This document shows positions 61,547 through 64,000 of a DNA stretch of 64,000 bases, one piece after another. Source of the DNA: Methanomicrobiales archaeon. Its GTDB lineage: Archaea; Halobacteriota; Methanomicrobia; Methanomicrobiales; Methanospirillaceae. The DNA lies in contig JBAXJR010000004.1 of NCBI GenBank assembly GCA_037137755.1, forward strand, positions 28,727 through 92,726, given 5' to 3'. Under the pieces are notes generated by a model. It was not told the DNA's origin and did no database searches. It saw only the letters and a list, made by a program, of their open reading frames with translations. Both the position numbers and the translations under genes were made by a program. Within the stretch, counting starts at the first letter, position 1. Each line of letters starts with the position of its first letter.

Positions 61547-61696
61547 CTGGAGGGGGTTTCACCCCTCCCAGCCCCACCCCCAAATACGATATTCATTGGG
61601 TACGGTTTCTATGAGGCTCATTAATCCAAATTATTTGGAACTGATCTCTATCTCAACAGGGGTCCCCAAAGTGGCGGGGCATGCGCCCCGGGAGCG
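61547..61696. repeat. About 150-bp element bounded by GC-rich hairpins (REP/MITE-like candidate)
   Basis: GGAGGGG-GTTTCA-CCCCTCC (61549-61568), TCCAAAT-T-ATTTGGA (61625-61639) and CGGGGC-ATGC-GCCCCG (61675-61690). Only one copy in this window. Confidence 0.4.
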
Positions 61697-61824
61697 TGAT
61701 TATACTTTGGAATATACCCTGATTTTCGTTAGGTAAACGTATGAAGGTTTTTAAAAATACCCACAATTTCCCATAGGTTGAAAGGAGAATGAAAAATTCC
61801 GAATCATTTTGAAAAAGAAAAAAA

Positions 61825-62694
61825 TTAGATATAGGGTATCCGGAGTCCCTTGCCGACACCGAATGTTTTCCTCTCATCGACGGTCTTCTGGTTCTTGCCG
61901 ATCTTTTCATTTGCCAGCTTTGTGACAAGTTCAAGACCTGGTTTCACCGAGTCGATTGCCTTCGTTTCGAAGCATCCGGCTGCGACTGACTTGGCCCAGA
62001 TATCATCTCCCTTCTTGGATCTCACAAAGACCGTGCTCCAGCCATCTGGGCTGCCCACGGAACCAGTGGATACATCAGCGAGATTTGCAACGTAGTCGAG
62101 ACATACGTGGCATCCTGGCTGCTCATACTTGTGGGTAACCTTGAGCGGCAGTGGAACTACTGCGCCACGCTCGCTCATGAATGTGAACTTGCCCTTGCCG
62201 ATCTCCATCTTCTTGACGGATTCGAGGCTCATTGCCGCATGGTCTTCCGCCAGCTGCAGTATGCTCTGGTATGGGAAGTTTTCCATGCAGAAGATACCGA
62301 TTGCAAGTGCAATCTTGTCCCCTACGTCACGGAGGCCGATTGGGTACAACTGGCCTTTCCTGACTGCCTGCATCTGGCACGGTGTGCCTACGATACCGAC
62401 CTTGTCAAGACCGTAGCTGCGGGTTGCTTCCTTGATAAGTGATACATTCGGGCTGATGTTGTACTTGGTACCACGGGCTGCAAGGAGTTCCTCTACCGTT
62501 GTTGCAACAACAGGTTTTGGTTTCCATGGCAGTTCGCCAGCTCCGGCGACAATAGCTCCGTCAATGATGCCCTCTTCGAGCGCATACGCGAACAGCGTGG
62601 TAACAATACCCCCGTCCTGTGCTCCCGCGAGGATTGCCTTGTCGGTGCTGCGTGCTGACACGCATGATTTGTATTTACCGAGTTCTGCTCCCAT
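61825..62694 (-). CDS. frhB: Coenzyme F420-reducing hydrogenase beta subunit
   Basis: QDGGIVT, GTPCQ, GIFCMENF, C..C.DY and STGSVGSPDGWS. Confidence 0.95.
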   Translation of the reverse strand: MGAELGKYKSCVSARSTDKAILAGAQDGGIVTTLFAYALEEGIIDGAIVAGAGELPWKPKPVVATTVEELLAARGTKYNISPNVSLIKEATRSYGLDKVGIVGTPCQMQAVRKGQLYPIGLRDVGDKIALAIGIFCMENFPYQSILQLAEDHAAMSLESVKKMEIGKGKFTFMSERGAVVPLPLKVTHKYEQPGCHVCLDYVANLADVSTGSVGSPDGWSTVFVRSKKGDDIWAKSVAAGCFETKAIDSVKPGLELVTKLANEKIGKNQKTVDERKTFGVGKGLRIPYI

Positions 62695-62704
62695 TTTTGT
62701 CACC

Positions 62705-63559
62705 TCACTTCATCACCGTATCAATGAGTTCCATGATACTTTCGTATTCAGGTACCACATCGAAGCTGAACCAGCTTCTCGGGCACTGGTTGTAGCATGC
62801 GCCACACTTGATGCAGAGGTCTCTTGTTCCCTGGGGTTTACCGAACTCATGGGTAATTGCACGGACAGGGCATGCTGCAGCGCAGCTCCCGCATCCCATG
62901 CAGAGTCCCTGGTCGATAACCTTTGTCATCAGGTCGCAGAAGCATGCACTTGTGCCTTCCTGGGCTGCCATCATTAATGGTTTCAGGTAATTGGTTGCAA
63001 GTGCTTTCTGTTCCGGGCTGCCCTTCAGGAGCAGGTATGCCATAATACAGACATTCCTGATCATCTGGGGAGTCGGAGCGCATCCGGGGATATATACATC
63101 GACCTTGATAAGGTCCCCGATTGGCAGGAATGATTCGTGCTGCGGCTGGTTTTGCTGTCCGCCGCGGCAGAACCGTGTGATATTGCCATAACAGGCGCAT
63201 CCGCCAACGGCTACCACAATCGCTGCCTTTTCTCTCGTCTGTTTAATCTCTTCAACTGAAAGTTTGTCATTAATGCAGACGGAACCCTCAACAAGCGCAA
63301 CATCCATTTTTGGGATGTGACGAACATCTGCAAGCGTCAGACCGTATACGAGGTCTGCATACTTGTCCAGAATTGTCAAGAGTCCACCGTAGTTGTCTGC
63401 TAAGGACACAAGACAGCCAGTACATCCACTCATGTGCACATGGCCCACTGTAATCTTGTCTACCACAGGCTTAACCTCCTTTTTACTTGTTTCTGCCTTT
63501 GCTACGTCAGCTGGTTTCTGCTGATCGTCTTTCTTGAAGACACTTGATAGAAGTCCCAT
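62705..63559 (-). CDS. frhG: Coenzyme F420-reducing hydrogenase gamma subunit
   Basis: SGCTGC, VEGSVC, GGCA..G, PGCAP, CMGCGSCA.ACP and CIKCGAC..QCPR. Confidence 0.95.
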   Translation of the reverse strand: MGLLSSVFKKDDQQKPADVAKAETSKKEVKPVVDKITVGHVHMSGCTGCLVSLADNYGGLLTILDKYADLVYGLTLADVRHIPKMDVALVEGSVCINDKLSVEEIKQTREKAAIVVAVGGCACYGNITRFCRGGQQNQPQHESFLPIGDLIKVDVYIPGCAPTPQMIRNVCIMAYLLLKGSPEQKALATNYLKPLMMAAQEGTSACFCDLMTKVIDQGLCMGCGSCAAACPVRAITHEFGKPQGTRDLCIKCGACYNQCPRSWFSFDVVPEYESIMELIDTVMK

Positions 63560-64000
63560 AATTTACCCCTACTGTTTCTAACACAATCCGAATAGTTTTC
63601 GGAATCGCCTTTGTTATCTCATCAGAGAGCCCGATTTCAAATTCGGGACTGGTAACACGTTTTGGTTGACATCCTATTATCGTGATTTTAACGTGATCTT
63701 GTAGGCGCTGGAGAGGTTCGGTCAGGTCCCATGAATGGGCGTCACGATACGCTCCTGGTGGCAGATCCTCCACCCTGAGTTTGGTTATTGACCCGGGTTC
63801 TGCACCGAAATCGGCAATATCAATTATTACGAGCTGCTTTGTCACTTCCGGATCAAGGAGCGTAAAAATAAAGTGCGGGCCGCCAAGGCCTGCATCTATT
63901 ATTGTCACATTGTCAGGAAGTGTGAGTTCTTTCATCTCCACTAGTTTCTGCATCTCTTCAATTACTGCCGGTCCAAATCCATCATCTGCGAACAGGGGGT
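63507..64000 (-). CDS. frhD: Hydrogenase maturation protease FrhD (5' end outside window)
   Basis: Frame is open to the window edge: PLFADDGFGPAVIEEM..IDAGLGG..DIADFG.EPG..DAHSW. Confidence 0.9.
   Translation of the reverse strand, partial: PLFADDGFGPAVIEEMQKLVEMKELTLPDNVTIIDAGLGGPHFIFTLLDPEVTKQLVIIDIADFGAEPGSITKLRVEDLPPGAYRDAHSWDLTEPLQRLQDHVKITIIGCQPKRVTSPEFEIGLSDEITKAIPKTIRIVLETVGVNYGTSIKCLQERRSAETS

Noticed and set aside
61825-64000. Selenocysteine/pyrrolysine recoding in frh or other genes
   Set aside because: The visible frames are uninterrupted with Cys at the expected positions; no in-frame TGA/TAG needs read-through.
1-64000. CRISPR array, rRNA or transposase
   Set aside because: No regularly spaced repeats, rRNA-like tracts or transposase motifs were seen.

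Overview
Mostly housekeeping chromosome of a hydrogenotrophic methanogenic archaeon, most consistent with Methanomicrobiales (inferred from frhDGB, SepRS, TiaS, Taw1, a Kae1-Bud32 fusion, the thermosome and a HisKA_2 kinase). Core content: RPA, pyrF, dhys, a 2-oxoacid:ferredoxin oxidoreductase operon in B-A-C-D order, an MrfAB/YprAB-like repair pair, the minimal SufCB (SMS) pair, the aIF2gamma-rpoE-spt4-S24e-S27ae-Kae1/Bud32-rdgB-L40e cluster, tRNA-Gly(TCC) and tRNA-Val(CAC), queDEC-aRF1-argS-taw1-sepS, S12-S7-EF2 and frhDGB. I saw no CRISPR array, integrase or transposase. The most interesting signals are: (1) a stand-alone 120-aa, 11-Cys protein carrying the class III RNR (NrdD) glycyl-radical C-terminus with no catalytic barrel, a candidate 'spare part'; (2) its neighbour, a CbiZ-like protein with eroded family motifs but an intact Cys-rich domain; (3) a FabH-like enzyme with a non-canonical catalytic set; (4) a TATA-preceded intergenic hairpin that may be an sRNA; (5) a hairpin-bounded REP/MITE-like element; (6) start-codon oddities in ribL, truA and frhG. 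All calls come from motif recognition by eye; no searches were run.
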